A stretch of DNA of 64,000 nucleotides from Xylographa opegraphella (lineage: Eukaryota): NCBI GenBank assembly GCA_022813865.1, contig JALDZX010000012.1:62001-126000 (forward strand). Direction: 5' to 3'. A model generated the notes under the pieces. That model saw only the letters and a program-made list of their open reading frames with translations. It had not been told where the DNA came from and did no database searches. The number at the start of each line of letters is the position of its first letter. Position 1 is the first letter of the stretch. The translations under genes were made by a program, and so were the position numbers. This document shows positions 39,401-52,707 of the stretch, piece after piece.

Positions 39401-42018
39401 TCCCTTGCTCTGACACGACGTCGTTGATCGATAGTGACGCCTGCAAGCGGAGCAAGAGTGCGTGGATCTCGGGCTCGCGTGGAATCAATACTCGCAGCTG
39501 CTTGATCTTCAAGTCGAGCACGTTCTTCATTCGATCGGTGCCGAGCGTCTATCACTAAATTTTGATATTTTGTGGCTAGAGTCTCAGACTCTGTAGATGG
39601 CCTGACAAAGTTGACCCCTTTCAGCGTCTTAGCAAGATACTTCAAGCGGACAAGAGGTCTCTTCAGCAGGTATGCCACGTCTACACGCTCGCCATTTGTA
39701 TCCACAACGTCACCATTCTCATTTCTAGGCAGCCCAGCCTCTATTCCATCTTCTTCAGTAGCAGAAGGTCGTGGATTTGAGTCTGAAGCATCTGTATCAG
39801 GTGCCAGGTTTACAACGACGTCCTGAAAACCCATTCGCCACGCCTTCAAGTATTCTGAGTACACTTTCTGCGCACCCTGAGCCCAGGTTAGTAAAGCATT
39901 GACGTCTTGCAGCGGAATGCGCTTGTGTAATGACTTGAGCCGTTCAAGGGCAATGCCCATATTGATTATGGGTCTTGTAAAGTTCGGATCATTTTTTCCA
40001 TGTGAGAAACCATCAAAGAGTCCAGCAGCAATAGCAGAATCTGACTTTTTGAGGACGCAACTGAGCAACACCGGAATTACACCGTCGACAAGTGTACGAA
40101 GCTCTCGCATGTACTTGCTCTCGTCCGATGTCAATTCCTTCATCAAGTCTTCGATGGTGGCATTAGCAAGCCGACTTCGATTTGTTCTAATGCTCCGAGC
40201 GGATTTTATACTCTTACTAGGACCTGTCGGCAAGGAAAGAGCAGATATCAGGTCAGAGTGCTTAGCCAAGCGAGTCTTGCTTGGTCTCCGCTCAAGTCCA
40301 TCCACATCAAATTGATCACTAGCTTCATGTTTTGCGTCATGATCCTCGTGAACGAGTCCATGAGCTTGATCTGTAGTCACTGGTAATGGTAATGATGTGG
40401 TATTCTGCTTCCTAGCCTCAAACGTTTCGACGGAGGCGATTGTAGAGAGTCTGTGATTGCCAGTGTACGGGAATGGTCGTCTTATATTCAGGCCTGGCGG
40501 TCGTAGTGGAGTTATGGAGGCCGAAGGCTCAACAGAAGACGCGGTGTTTGCCGAAGAGATCATCGAGGTTTCATCCTCCGCGACGAGAGGTTCCCTCAGA
40601 GGGAACAAGTATGATCGGTCTTTGGGTGATGACGAGGATGTTTGATTACCGCCTCGACGGCCTAATGAGCAGGTTGATATCTCGGAAGTACCTTCTACAA
40701 GATCTACCAATTTTGCAGCCGACATACCTCCTTTATGTGAGCTGCCCAACGGTGACCCAGAGTCCAAGTCTGTGGGAAAAGGGTTATCCTCAGCTAAGAT
40801 AACGCTCGGTACTCTTCTCCGCCTTCGAGCACTGGTGTCGCTGGTCCTAGGGCTAAGTTTTGCCTCTATCACCTCCCATATCTTATTAGGATCATCAGTG
40901 ACGACTTCTACTCTTTTCCTTCGTTTTGAAGGTACTTTCAGTGGTGCTGGAATCTCCACGGGTAGTTGTTCGTCGTCAATGAACGGGTCTGGAGTTTCAC
41001 TCAGCCATGCTTCGATAGTAGGTAGGCGAGGCGTAGCTATCACAATAGGCTCTGCCCTTGAAAAGATTTTCTTCGACTCATCGAAGACATGACTCAAGAT
41101 TTTTCCCCTTGAGGATATTCTTCCCCCTCTGTTGCCAGCCAGGCTTCTAGAGGCAGTTCGTGGAGGATCTTCATCGGCGCGTGTTCTTGAAGCAGTGTTT
41201 CGCCTTCGTGATTCATCTTTCCCTATTAATGAGCTTGATTGAGAGGATCCCACAACCGAGCGTTCATGGTTGGGCTCTTCTAAAAGTGGATTCTGGCCAG
41301 AATTTTGAGTAGCTATTGGTGAGCCTCGTATTCCTCCATCACTTCCTTCAGAGAGAGTCTTGTAGTCCTCGTTCACCGGTGGCTGCAGGCATTCAGGCTG
41401 CTTTCGTTGGACATGAGGCGCATCGTAAACATCGTTGTCCTGTGCAGTACTCTTTCTTTTTGCTCTGGTTGCTCTTTGGGCCACTCTAGTGCTCCTTTGG
41501 CCCGGTTCTGGGATTGGGGTCACCCGAATCCCATCATCAGGGTATACCCTAGTGCTTGATTGCTTTGGAATTCTGGGCGACGTTCTTGGGGGGCTTCTCC
41601 TCTTTCGCCAGTGTCCATCACTCACAACTCTCTTCCTCGGCGCGCTACCACTCTTACTGCGAATATGCCCTTCCACGCCAGTTTGGGCAATAATACGTCC
41701 ACTCCGCTTTGCTGATGTTGCAGACCCCTCAGCTTCGACAGCATCTAATTTGTCAGGCTGCAAAGGATCTCGGACGATCTTCTTCGGAGTTGTAGTCGTA
41801 GACATGCCAGACTGTTTCTTATTGTCGTCCTCTGTGTAAATGTCCGGGGCTGTGATAACTCCTCCACCTTGCGCTTGCCATTGCCGAACACGGTCACGTA
41901 CAGTGTTTGTGTCGTAAGGACCCAATGGAACCCCGACATCCACCGACTTCGACTTCGAAGGAGTGCTTTTCCCATCACGACGGTTTGAGGTGCGACGAGC
42001 AGTCGCAGGAGAAGGCAT
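36474..42018 (-). CDS. Large protein with Dbl-homology (RhoGEF-like) domain and PH-like domains, 2 exons
   Basis: ELTSDESKYMRELRTLVDGVIP and YLLKRPLVRLK (DH-like); C-terminal KWRDLGSARL (PH/RanBD-like). Intron 36534-36609 leads to terminal exon MKGEAETAYTFSIVGKLRY*. Confidence 0.8.
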
Positions 42019-42857
42019 CGAACTTTGTTAGCTTTCGGGACCAAGCTGCTACGAGAATATTAGGTTGGAGACAATGATCTAAAATCTTGCCCGGACATGT
42101 TCCAGCGGATTGAGTTGTGTGTTGATAAGCCTCTCAGCAAGCACCCTCACCCAAGTACAGTCCGAGGTAGATTCGATACACGTTTGCCAAATTAGCCAGA
42201 CCTCCGGGCTTTCCACCGACTCATCCAGCGACCGACTCTGCGACCATGAATGACGATGGCAAATTGGCTTCACGTGAAGATCAATCCCATGGCAACCGCA
42301 TGCCTTGAGACTGGCGCTAGATAAGCAGGGGTACTCCGTACTACTATCTACCAATGTACGAAAACCCTGGTCTTTGATTCTTTGAAAGCTTTTTAAATCT
42401 ACGGAGTATCGACAAATCAGTCTTTACTTTAGAGATTATGGTATTCATGAAGTAAAGGTGACAGTCATTACAGTACAAAGAAAATTCTGATTGCATGTTC
42501 ATCTCTCACCAATTCGTCCTGCTAAATAAGCTTTTGTTTACATTCGTTCGGCGTCGCTTGAACTTTTATAGACAACAAGATTTATCCTCAACCAAGTCTA
42601 TGCTTATAAACGGCATCGATAGGCTTCTGATCCACCCAAGAGCCTCCTACGTGTCATAGTTTCCGCCGCTCGTACAAAGGTTTCATCAATGCCTCGTCAA
42701 TTGCGCAAAGAACAATCGCTACAAATCCAGTGACCAAGCCTCTGGGGATAGCTACGTTGTAGCCACATACCGATGACGAGCAGTACAGCAATTTGTCTCC
42801 GATATTGAATCGGAAATGCCCTGCGCGAACACTTCCAAGAACACTTGCGGAAGCTAA

Positions 42858-43824
42858 TTACTTTTTTTGGTATGTCCATTCGCTTTTAGAGTATGCGACA
42901 TCGTATTGACAGCTTTGAAAGCCTTCGCGCTTGCATCGATACTATTGTAGAGAAGAACTGGAGCCGTGTTATTCAGTGTTCACTCGCATCCGCGTAATAA
43001 GTTCTCAAGGTCGATTGACTTACCACCAGGAATAACTATCCATATAAAATTCATGAAGAAGTAGTAGCACCAGAAATAATATGGCTCTGGTCGGCAGTAA
43101 ATGGTGCCTTTATAATAGAGGTCGAACATGCTTGTAGCATAGTAGAGAATATCCCCGTATATTTGTCCAGTAGAAACGAGGGCTTGTAACGGATGACGCA
43201 GCGGATGATTACCCAGAATCATGACAGCAACAATAAACGAAAGCGGGCCCCAAAGCGCCTATATCTGTATCAGCTTCATGAAGCGTCTGGTCGCAATGTG
43301 TCCTGCATCGTAATGACATACAGCCGTGACCGTCTCCATACATAACACAAACGGATCCGAGGTAAGGTATCGTGAGTCCGAAAATGCATACTCTTTCCAG
43401 AGCTGCCCGAAAAAGTCGGTCATGCCCGCCATACGTGTATGGTTGAGAGAAAAGTACCCTGCCTCGGTCAGCCACAATACTCCGCCTATAGCAGCAAGGA
43501 AATTGTGGCGGTACCTTCGAAGAAAAGATGGATACTGCCAGCTTAGCACGAGATCAGCTTGGGGCCAGGCACATGAGGGTGAGAAGACTTACAGAGTATG
43601 AACCAGCAGATAGCGGCTCTCTCCCAGCCTGACAGACCAGGATTGTACCGTCTTACCAGCCCCTGAGTTACTCCAAAAAGGCCCAGGCACCCCAAAAAGA
43701 AGAGGCCCAAGAGCACAGGTACTGATTGCTCATTTGCAAGATAGCCGACTATTTCTGCCTCAAGTGGGTAAAATGGATGAGGCACCTTGGTGGCAGTGGC
43801 AACATACGAGCTGATAGACTCCAT
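42858..43824 (-). CDS. Emopamil-binding protein family sterol delta8-delta7 isomerase, multi-exon
   Basis: HPFYP, GQLWKEYAFSDSRYLTSDPFVLCMETVTA, VSTGQIYGD.LYY and YFWCYYFFMNFIWIVIP; C-terminal KKK. Confidence 0.92.
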
Positions 43825-44724
43825 GATGGCAGACGTCTGACGAGAATTGTGAGTCTCGAATGTGGCTTGCAAATGATTGAGAAGGTGGGAGCTCAACAGC
43901 CTGGGGAGGACCCTTTGGCTGGAGGGTCGTAATGCAAGCGAGACTCTTTATCCTACCTAGGTATCCTAGCGCACCGAGGCGCTAAATGCTTGGGGCCGAT
44001 TCCTTGATCTAGCCGTACGCTGAAGAACAAGCCATTTCAGAGGCAGCAGAGTACCGTACCTATGAAGTAGTAAAGCGGTATCGAACGTTGCAATGTGTCA
44101 ATGGACTGGTCCAGAGTCCTTGCCTTGCTTCCATCGTGGATCGTGGCTGAATCGGCAGCCAAGCTTTTGCCAGCAATAACGAAGCTTCGCGTAAGCCCGT
44201 CGTCATCACAATCGCACCACTTTTTGCACGTGTCAGATCGGCGAGCAGCCGTGGTGCCTGTTTAGCTTCACAGACCTGGAGCACGGCGAATAACCTTATT
44301 AGGTAACAACTAGCTGTAAATTCACGAATCACGACTCTAATGATATACCTACCTTACTATTCGACGATACGGCTCTAATTGTTGCGAGGTTGGCGGTGCA
44401 TGGTAATAGGTAGGTAAGGTAGGCTGATAACCGGCAGACTGCTTTATCTATACCTCCATAGAAAATTAGGGCATCTAGACAGATTCTCCGCAAAGCTAGC
44501 ACAAAACATATTGCAGACTTTGCAATAAATCTTTCCTTGAGGCTCACGGCGTATGTAAGGAGTGAATGTGGTTACATTTTCGACTGTAAATACATAACCC
44601 GCTCTCGTCTGATTACCATGTTGAGGTAAGGAAGTAGTAGAAGACCGCAAACGCCCGGCTGACATGCTTTCGATAAACAAACATCATTGAATCGCTCATG
44701 TTCGGGGATTTTCTATCTCCGACC

Positions 44725-45600
44725 TCAGAACAACCAGACACTCCTTCCCTTTATTTTTGGCATCCTGACCATGGCCGTGGGCGCGCTCGGCGTCTCCGTG
44801 ATTGACGCTATTGACGCAGGTAAGCTACCCTTGAAGGTGCCATTCTGTGCCTCAGCCATCTCGATGAACCTTTCCATCTGAAGTTGCGACTTAGGGTTGA
44901 TAGCAAAGACCATGCCTTTGCCACAATGGCTGACGCCGACTGTTTGTTTGCAGTAGAACCAAAGAGGGTCAGCAACATTGACGTCGAAATATTCAAATAT
45001 CATACCCGTGACGTTCTTCTCATTGGGCTGCAGCTGAGTATCGAAGGAACCATTGTGGATACAGGGTCTGGCGAACTGGGATTGAGTCACCGAATGAGTT
45101 TTGCCAAGCATATTGAATCGAACCACGTCTCCTATGTCAGCAGTGATGTTGTTAGGCTTGAACAAAAAGTCTGTGCCATTACCCTCAACAAAAGCGCCGA
45201 CCAGGACATCATGAGTCTTTTTGCTTGGCGCTGCAGTCATTGTGGTGCTTGAGGTGAAATCCTGTGAAAAGCGAATAACCTCTGAAGTAGACTGACTCGG
45301 CGTGCCAGTTACAGCATATGTAACTGTTGCAGTTTGAGTGACGGTGACAGTGTCTGTCACAGTCGCCGTAATAATGGTATCGCCAGCTTGCGGGCTGCAG
45401 CTGACCATCGTCGACCCCGCGCCGTTACCAGTGGATTTTGTTGGCGCTGTTGTTTGCACAGGATTACATTGTTCTTTGATTGTTATTGTTATTGCCGGAC
45501 CGTCCGTACAGAAGACGCTTGCTGCACTCTGAAAATGACCTGGAAAGGCAGAGGTAATGATAGCAAGAGAAGTGAGCGCGATGGTGGCGAACGCCTTCAT
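44725..45600 (-). CDS. Secreted Ser/Thr-rich protein with cupredoxin domain
   Basis: Signal peptide, Thr-rich region, then F.PNNITADIGDVVRF, HSVTQSQFARPC and PLWFYCKQ..HCGKGMVFAINP (type-1 copper ligand pattern). Confidence 0.9.
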   Translation of the reverse strand: MKAFATIALTSLAIITSAFPGHFQSAASVFCTDGPAITITIKEQCNPVQTTAPTKSTGNGAGSTMVSCSPQAGDTIITATVTDTVTVTQTATVTYAVTGTPSQSTSEVIRFSQDFTSSTTMTAAPSKKTHDVLVGAFVEGNGTDFLFKPNNITADIGDVVRFNMLGKTHSVTQSQFARPCIHNGSFDTQLQPNEKNVTGMIFEYFDVNVADPLWFYCKQTVGVSHCGKGMVFAINPKSQLQMERFIEMAEAQNGTFKGSLPASIASITETPSAPTAMVRMPKIKGRSVWLF

Positions 45601-48428
45601 TATAAGTACAGACTTGCCTGGGGAACTGGAACAAGTCCTGGAGGATAAATCTGTTGTAAGCCAAAAGAATAACCAGCTATGTGTTTTAAGGAGAAGCAGT
45701 GAAGCGACAAAACCTAAGAAAGAAACTGAGGATCGTGATTTCGAGTGAGGATGAAATTCTCATTGGGGCCATCGTGTATAGTTATACTTCACAACATCGA
45801 GGAGCGGTCTCACTGTCATATTAGAGGGGCTTCCTTGTGTGCTGATTTTGGATACAGATACAAAAATGGGTAGAAAGATAGGCCGCGAATGCAACGTGGG
45901 AGCCTCGAGGAAGAATTGCTACCATAACGATTTGGCGACAGTGAATAGCGTATCAGGCATTGCAAGCACAGCAAAGGTGCCATATTTAGAGAGCTGTGGT
46001 ATTGCATTGTCCAAATACAGTATGAGCCTTCTAAGAAATTGATAGCGAACGTTGGTCAGTGTCTAAGGTTGGTAGTACGGTACCACACGTAAGTACGTGC
46101 CTATTTCCAGAATGCTAAATCTAGTTAGCGCCTGAGCAAGAAATAGGATATCACACGCTGTGGCGCATATGACCAGCCTCGGGCCAACAACGGTAGATCT
46201 GCATCACAGCCACTCGATGTTCACGTAGAGCCACAACGACCATAGTGAGCCGCTTCTTATGCAACTCGTATTTCTCTAAGCTTTGGGCATGTGCAACATC
46301 TATTCTGACCCTAGGATAGACTTGGCATATCGAACCAGGAGTAGTAAGACTCTTCTCTCCGAGGTCTAGAAAAAAGTTGCAAGCTACAGCTGCCCCAAAA
46401 AGTCGCGGAAGGTGTTGATCCTTGGATTACCGGCTCAGCTGGTAACGATCGACTTCATCAACGGACTTCCCGCATATTATCACCAGGTACTCCGTCGATC
46501 ACGACTATCTGAGTCATCTTACTTGAAGATATAGAATTTGTGGTAAATCAACTTTGATATCTCACCAATAATCCTCGTACCCGCAATGTCGCACTCAAGC
46601 AATCTTCAGCTTCGGCCCTGTACACACCCAATTCTCTGTTCTTTTTGCTAAATTTGATTGTGGAGTTTGTACATATTCACGGTCGAGGCTTCAAGCTCGC
46701 GGAATAATATATTCATTGAGGCAATAAACGAATATCTAGGTATAGGATGAGTATTTAAAGCTAAGAATTTTCAAGAAAGTTATCTGCCAGTCTATTACTA
46801 CCGTTTTTATACATGACAGCAAGACCTGAAGGACAAAGCTTTCTCGAGATAATTTTAACATTCGAGCTCAACAGAGAAGTTATTTCCTACATTAGCCTAT
46901 TAAAGCTGAATCGAATCGCAAGATGAGCCAGTTGCTGGCAGTGATTCAGAGAACTTGAGGCATGGGTTTCGGTATGAATGAGTTGAGTTTGGATTGAGAC
47001 CAATCTCGAGATCTATGAGAGGCAACCCTTTTGCGGACATCCTTTGTTGTTAGCTACTCCCTTTGAGGCGAACCATGATGGAATCCATTCGCTTTCTCTT
47101 GGTACTTCAGGGATTTCTCGCACCGTCCACAGCTCGGACGCTGCGGACGCGGTGACCTTGTCACTCAAAAGAATCTTATGTCGGACTGCTTCGACATTAC
47201 GTATCGTCATGAAGAATAATATACGCCTTGTTCGCTCCCTCCTTTTCAGGGCGTGCATTCTCTAGCTTAGTAGTCTATAATCCATACGTACTCAACAGAC
47301 TCTTGTGGTCTCCTTCCATCTTCATATCCACCGTGTACATTAGTTTGCTTTACTGAGATTAAGCTGGCGATACATTTTGCTATCCGAAAAGAATCACCTA
47401 TATCATCGTCACTAGAGGACGTGCAATCTGAGCTTTCCAATATTCCCGCCGGGAACTGCAGGAGATTTGTCAATTCTTTATCATGATCCTCGGTTTTGCG
47501 TCCAATCGAGGCTTGGGCATTAATGTTTGAGATGCCTTGTTTCATATCCGGGACGATGGCGAAAGTAAGCACGGAAGTGGTAGGTATCAAACCCGATTTC
47601 TGATCTCTCGATAGACAAAATCTTATAATCATATCGGCGATGACAAGATTGACTGGTACCATATAGGTTCAATGGTCATTGGTAGAATGGTATATCTTGG
47701 TAATGCGCAGGCGATTGTTGTAATTCAAATCTGCACCGAGAGCTTACACCGATCTCAGACTTGGTTAATCTGGAACCTGATATCTGAAATCAAATTATGA
47801 ATAGACCTACACCGTATAGTATAAATATGGTGAATTCCCAATAGTCCTATGTTGACAGGACGGGACTCGCAGTCGTTTCGCAAGACCTAGCCCATTGGCC
47901 ACAGTCTGATCACATGATGAGACCGCTGATAACGTGCAGTTGCGTAAGAGTTGCTATCTTTTCGCTCCAAGTGGTGTTGTATGGCTGGCTCCTGACAACC
48001 TATCATCGATTCTGAAGGCGTTCGGAGTAGGCACAACGCTGCTCACGAGAAGTGGGGTTGAGTTCTACCAATCTAACTCTCTAGAGACTTGATGTTCGAT
48101 GCAAGAATTACGATGGTGCACAAATGACTAGACTACCACAGGCGCAAAATGCGGACGATGAAACGCTGGTACCACCATCTGTGCTACCTTATTACCAAAG
48201 TCCCGGGAGATGATCCGCGTCCCATGACGAAGCTTTCTCGTTCAGCGGGAAGAGCGCGATGGAAAAGATTAATAAAACCCTCGGACCCATCAGAACGAGA
48301 TTTATTCTTTCACCGAATTCACGAGCTTTAGCCAATAATCAAATCTTGCTGCATTGTGATAGAGCTTCTAAGGAGCACCGTAGCAGGTCTCAGAATACAG
48401 CTTGCTTGTCGGTATGGAAAGACCCAAT

Positions 48429-50063
48429 ATGGCACAGAAACCTGTCTTTGTAGCGACTCATCCTCGAGCTTGCTCCACGGCATTCGAAAGGGTTTGCTCC
48501 GGTTTTATGTTTGATAAATGTAACCAACTGACTCGAGACATCAGGTCTTCATGACTCGCCGTGATACTCTAACTTGCGTACATGAGCCCTTTGGCGACGC
48601 CTTTTATTATGGTCCCGAAAGATTGAGTACGAGGTTCGAGAGTGACGAAGAAGGGAGGACGAAAGGCGGATTCGGTGGTTCAACATATCAAACAATACTC
48701 GACAGATTTGAAAAAGAAAGCGCCGAGGTCCGATCCACTCCCCCTCTATTCACGACTGTGGCCGAGACTCCTTCATCAGTTGATTTGTCTACAATTTCCT
48801 TGCTACATGGATGATGCTGTATCGATATCTCGTTGTCTTGTCCGTGAGCTCTTACTCAGCGGGATGGCAGTTGCGACCAGGCTCAACAACGACTTACGCG
48901 CTTCTTGACACATGAAATTTGTTATGATACTCCTGCTTATCTTTCTCCGGTCTGGGTTTCGGAGCCATTGGTGACGCGACTTCACAAGCAACCAAAGTCA
49001 ACTCTCACTTCATTCAAAATGCTTGCTTCAAAATGTTTCGTGTATGGCGTTCATCTGAAATATTGTGTTGCTAAGTATAACTTTATCAAATCAGTTTACT
49101 TACTCGATTCAGGGGAAACGTCTTTTCATCAAGGACATGGCTTACTACCTTGTTCCCCCGGACAACAAATTGGCATCAATTGTCCCGTCTCTTTCGCGGC
49201 TAGAGAGAGGTGTCGGTACGAGCGGTTGTGAACAGCATCTAACGAACGATCGGACACATGCGGAGAGCGACGACGGCAAGGGCACAAATCAAATGGAAAA
49301 AAGTATCAAATCCAGTAATCCAACTGTGATTCCAGTAGCTATTTTGGAAAATTTCCATTTCACGTTTCTGATTCGTCATCCCCGATCAAGTATTCCGTCG
49401 TACTATCGATGCACGATTCCTCCTTTGGACGAAGCTACAGGATTCTACAACTTTATGCCTTCCGAAGCAGGATACGCTGAACTTCGTCGTCTCTTCGACT
49501 ACCTGCGTTCTCTTGGTGAGATTGGACCTCATGTTGCAGGGCAGACTGAACACAAAGCTATTTGCGGCAAAGCTGCAGAGCTAGCTGGGAAAGCACAAAT
49601 TTGTGTGATTGATGCGGATGATTTATTAGATAAGCCTAACGAGGTCATCAAGACCTTTTGTGAGTCTGTCGGTATAAAATACGATCCCGCCATGTTGGTA
49701 TGGGACTCTGAAGAGGATCTCAAACATGCGAGGCAAGACTTCGCAAAGTGGAATGGCTTTCACGAAGATGCCCTTGCCAGCTCGTCCTTGAGACCTAGAC
49801 AGCACGTAAGTCACCAGAACCCCTACACGATAGATTACGCTAGGCTCGCTTTCGTGGCTATCTTTGTTTTCAAAACTTGCTCCTTAGAAAAGCCTAGAAC
49901 TGACTTGTCTTGCGGGAAGAAGAAAAAAGTAAAAAGCACGCACGAAGAAGACGCAGAGTGGCGTGAAAAGTTTGGAGAGGATGCGGCCAATATGATCCGG
50001 GAGACCGTCGATGCTAATATCCGTGACTACGAATATCTAAAGCAATTCGCCATGAAAGTTTAG
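48429..50063 (+). CDS. P-loop sulfotransferase-like protein, 4 exons
   Basis: MAQKPVFVATHPRACSTAFER|VFMTRRD..HEPFGDAFYYGPE, LFIKDMAY, FTFLIRHP..SIPSYY and VIDADDLL. Introns at 48492-48544, 48728-49112 and 49806-49919. Confidence 0.85.
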
Positions 50064-50293
50064 ATTTGGCTCTGCACTGATAGTGGCAACGGTATTAGCA
50101 AGAGCGAGGTTTCGATTTATGAACCTCCCTGGTCTGTCAGTCACGATCCAGTGGATAAAGTTAGCAAAGCACGAGTTTGCACGATATAAAATGCTGTCCG
50201 CGGTCAGGGCAATAGAAAGAATATGTATCTTGTCATCAGCACACCATGTACGCAGTCACTATAGATGAACCTGGGGGCTTGATCAAGTATGCA

Positions 50294-51168
50294 CTATGAG
50301 ACCTTCTGCTTCTCCATCATCGCCTCCACATCCTCCCCATCTATACAATCCACATTATTGGTCGCTACCTTTTCCACTGCCTCCTCTACTACATCTCCCC
50401 CTTCCAAGAGATCAAGCCATCCATGGACCCCCTCCTTCTCCAGCAGTCTCACAGCCACATCGGCCACATCGCCTCTCGACACCTTGCCACTCGCTCTCGT
50501 CTTCCCCAGGTTCACCATCCCTGTTGCATTGTCATCCGTAAGATTCCCTGGCCTTAATATTATTGCTGCAAAGTCCCCGCCCCGACCTTTTGCCAGCGCG
50601 GTCAAGCATTCATCCGCTTCCACCTTCGCTGCAAAATAATGAGGCAGCACCACCGTGTTGACGTGTTGACAGGATGCCCAATCCTCGTCTGTCCACCAGG
50701 GCGCACGTTGCCGGCGGCTGCCGATATAGGATATCATAAGAAACTTCCGCACGCTTGGAGTATTGGCACAGGCGGTGATGAAGTGTTTGGCCGCGTCTCG
50801 GTCAATGGCATACGTGAGCCGTGAGCCACCCTTCCCGCCAGCTCCTAATTGCGAAAACAAGGTAAGCAATTTCAATGTACGCAATTTATCACCTTGAGGA
50901 TTGGTTCTCTACCGGCTGACCAAACCACATAGTCAGGCTTGGCTTCATCAATGATGCTCCTTGCTTCTTGAGAGCTCTTGACAACCTCCAAGCTACGGAC
51001 TAGGATTTCGAGCGTGCCTGGCTGACCGTGACTTTTACCAAGGATCTCATCCGCTTGGGCGGGATTTCGAATCAGGCTTGTGACAGTCCATGAGCGACGG
51101 AGGAGCAGTGGCGTCATAAGTAGTGAGACCTTGCCATGGCCGCCAATTAAGAGTACACGAGGTGGCAT
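50294..51168 (-). CDS. NAD(P)-binding Rossmann-fold atypical SDR (YMR090W-like), 2 exons
   Basis: VLLIGGHGKV, VVWSAGAGGKGG, AIDRDAA, YFAAK..AD, ILRPG.L and VSRGDVA. Confidence 0.9.
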
Positions 51169-51336
51169 TCTCGGGGACAATGGAATCGTTGCTCAGAAAG
51201 CTGCTTCAAGACCAAACTGTTTTTTGCATCAGAGCAAGAGGTTAATTTTGATAGATCCCGGCAGGCCCGGAACAAGTCAAACGTACATCACACCCAGAAT
51301 TTCACAGTTTGGACCTGGAAATCTGGTGCATCTTGT

Positions 51337-51363
51337 ATCACGGGTATCACGGGCATCACGGGT
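51337..51363. repeat. Tandem repeat (ATCACGGGY)3 in a divergent intergenic region
   Basis: ATCACGGG at 51337, 51346 and 51355, with a fourth copy at 51457. Confidence 0.9.
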
Positions 51364-52197
51364 ATTAGGCTCGACACGGCGACAGCAGTCGAATCACCGA
51401 AGACATTTCGCAAATTGCTTAATTCGACCCAGCCTCCCAGCTCGTGGTCTTTGTACATCACGGGACTGCGCGATTCGCTAAGGCTCCAGCGTCGCGCCAG
51501 TCCTAATACTTGTATTACCTCACTACTCATAAGGTATCTCGCTGTAGCAGTCGTGATTTCATAACCACCTCATGCCTACCCTACCTATCAGGTGGCTTAG
51601 ATGGGCCCACTTTAAGCCCAATAGCGAGGAAGCTGAGTGCGGATCATTCCAAAAATATTACTGTCATTTATACACGGCGTGTCCACTGTTTCTCCATCGA
51701 TCGTGGTTTGGAAACATGCTGAAGTGCCTATCCGCGCTATTAGATCCTGTCATTTGAACTGCTCCAATTGATCTGCTTTTTTCTTTACTGTTGTAGTTTC
51801 AGCTCTCTTCTGATCTATCTCCTGGGTGACATCTAGCTGGTGCTGTGAAATTTAATATAGTGTGTCAGGAATGGACTCCACTTACTTCATCAAATACCCC
51901 ACAGCTAGGCTTCAATGGAACCACTGCAGATCCCCAGGTCTGATTTGGCTCACCGCTTGATCAGCACTGAGACATGGACGCCTATCTGGATCCCATTGAC
52001 TGGACCTAACGTCATGGAATCGAAGTTCAAGTAGTCATAGGAAAGCGACTGCTGACGACAAAGTCTTCACGAAGGTTATAATATACCGGCTGCATCCGTC
52101 TCCAAACTCTTCAAGCTCAGAGCAATTCGAAGGCAACAGAACGACCATCTACATATCATCGACCCTTTTAAGTCACTACTAAATATAATCTATTAAA

Positions 52198-52707
52198 ATG
52201 TCTAATCCGGGGAACGTCGTGTGAGTATCCTTGGAGCTCTCTGATTCACATCTAAGTAGAGATGCGACCATGATAACATGATTTTGCTGCACTACCGTCA
52301 ATATGCATTTCAAGATTCGTGTTGCGAGCCAATAATTTTTCAGATAAGCAACGCTGATATTGAATCCTACCCAGTGGCGGCCACAAGGCGAACCTAGCAA
52401 ACCCCAGTATGTCCGAGCGAATGCTTCGCAACTTGTTCCTTGCGAAGTTTATACAACGCAGACACATCTGAGGAGTCGAAAGCCCACTCAAAAGAAATCC
52501 TCGACGGCGAACTCGCAGATGTCGAGACCAACGTCAACAGCATGGACGGGAAGAATCCCAACAATGTCGCTGGCGGCTTGAAGGCGTAAGCTTTGGTTCC
52601 TCAGCCAAACCTATTGGAGATTCTAACAGTGTGGCAGTACCATTGCCAACCCCAATGTCACACAGGAGGCGAAGGATTCAGCGAAGGAGCGATTGGATGC
52701 CATGTGA
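52198..52707 (+). CDS. con-6: Conidiation protein Con-6 family (LEA-like), 4 small exons
   Basis: Manual splice gives MSNPGNVVGGHKANLANPNTSEESKAHSKEILDG..KNPNNVAGGLKATIANPNVTQEAKDSAKERLDAM*, i.e. two Con-6 repeats. Not in the ORF track. Confidence 0.9.

Noticed and set aside
46300..47700. AT-richer region as possible RIP-degraded transposon
   Set aside because: No terminal repeats, transposase or RT motifs, and no clear TpA excess by eye.
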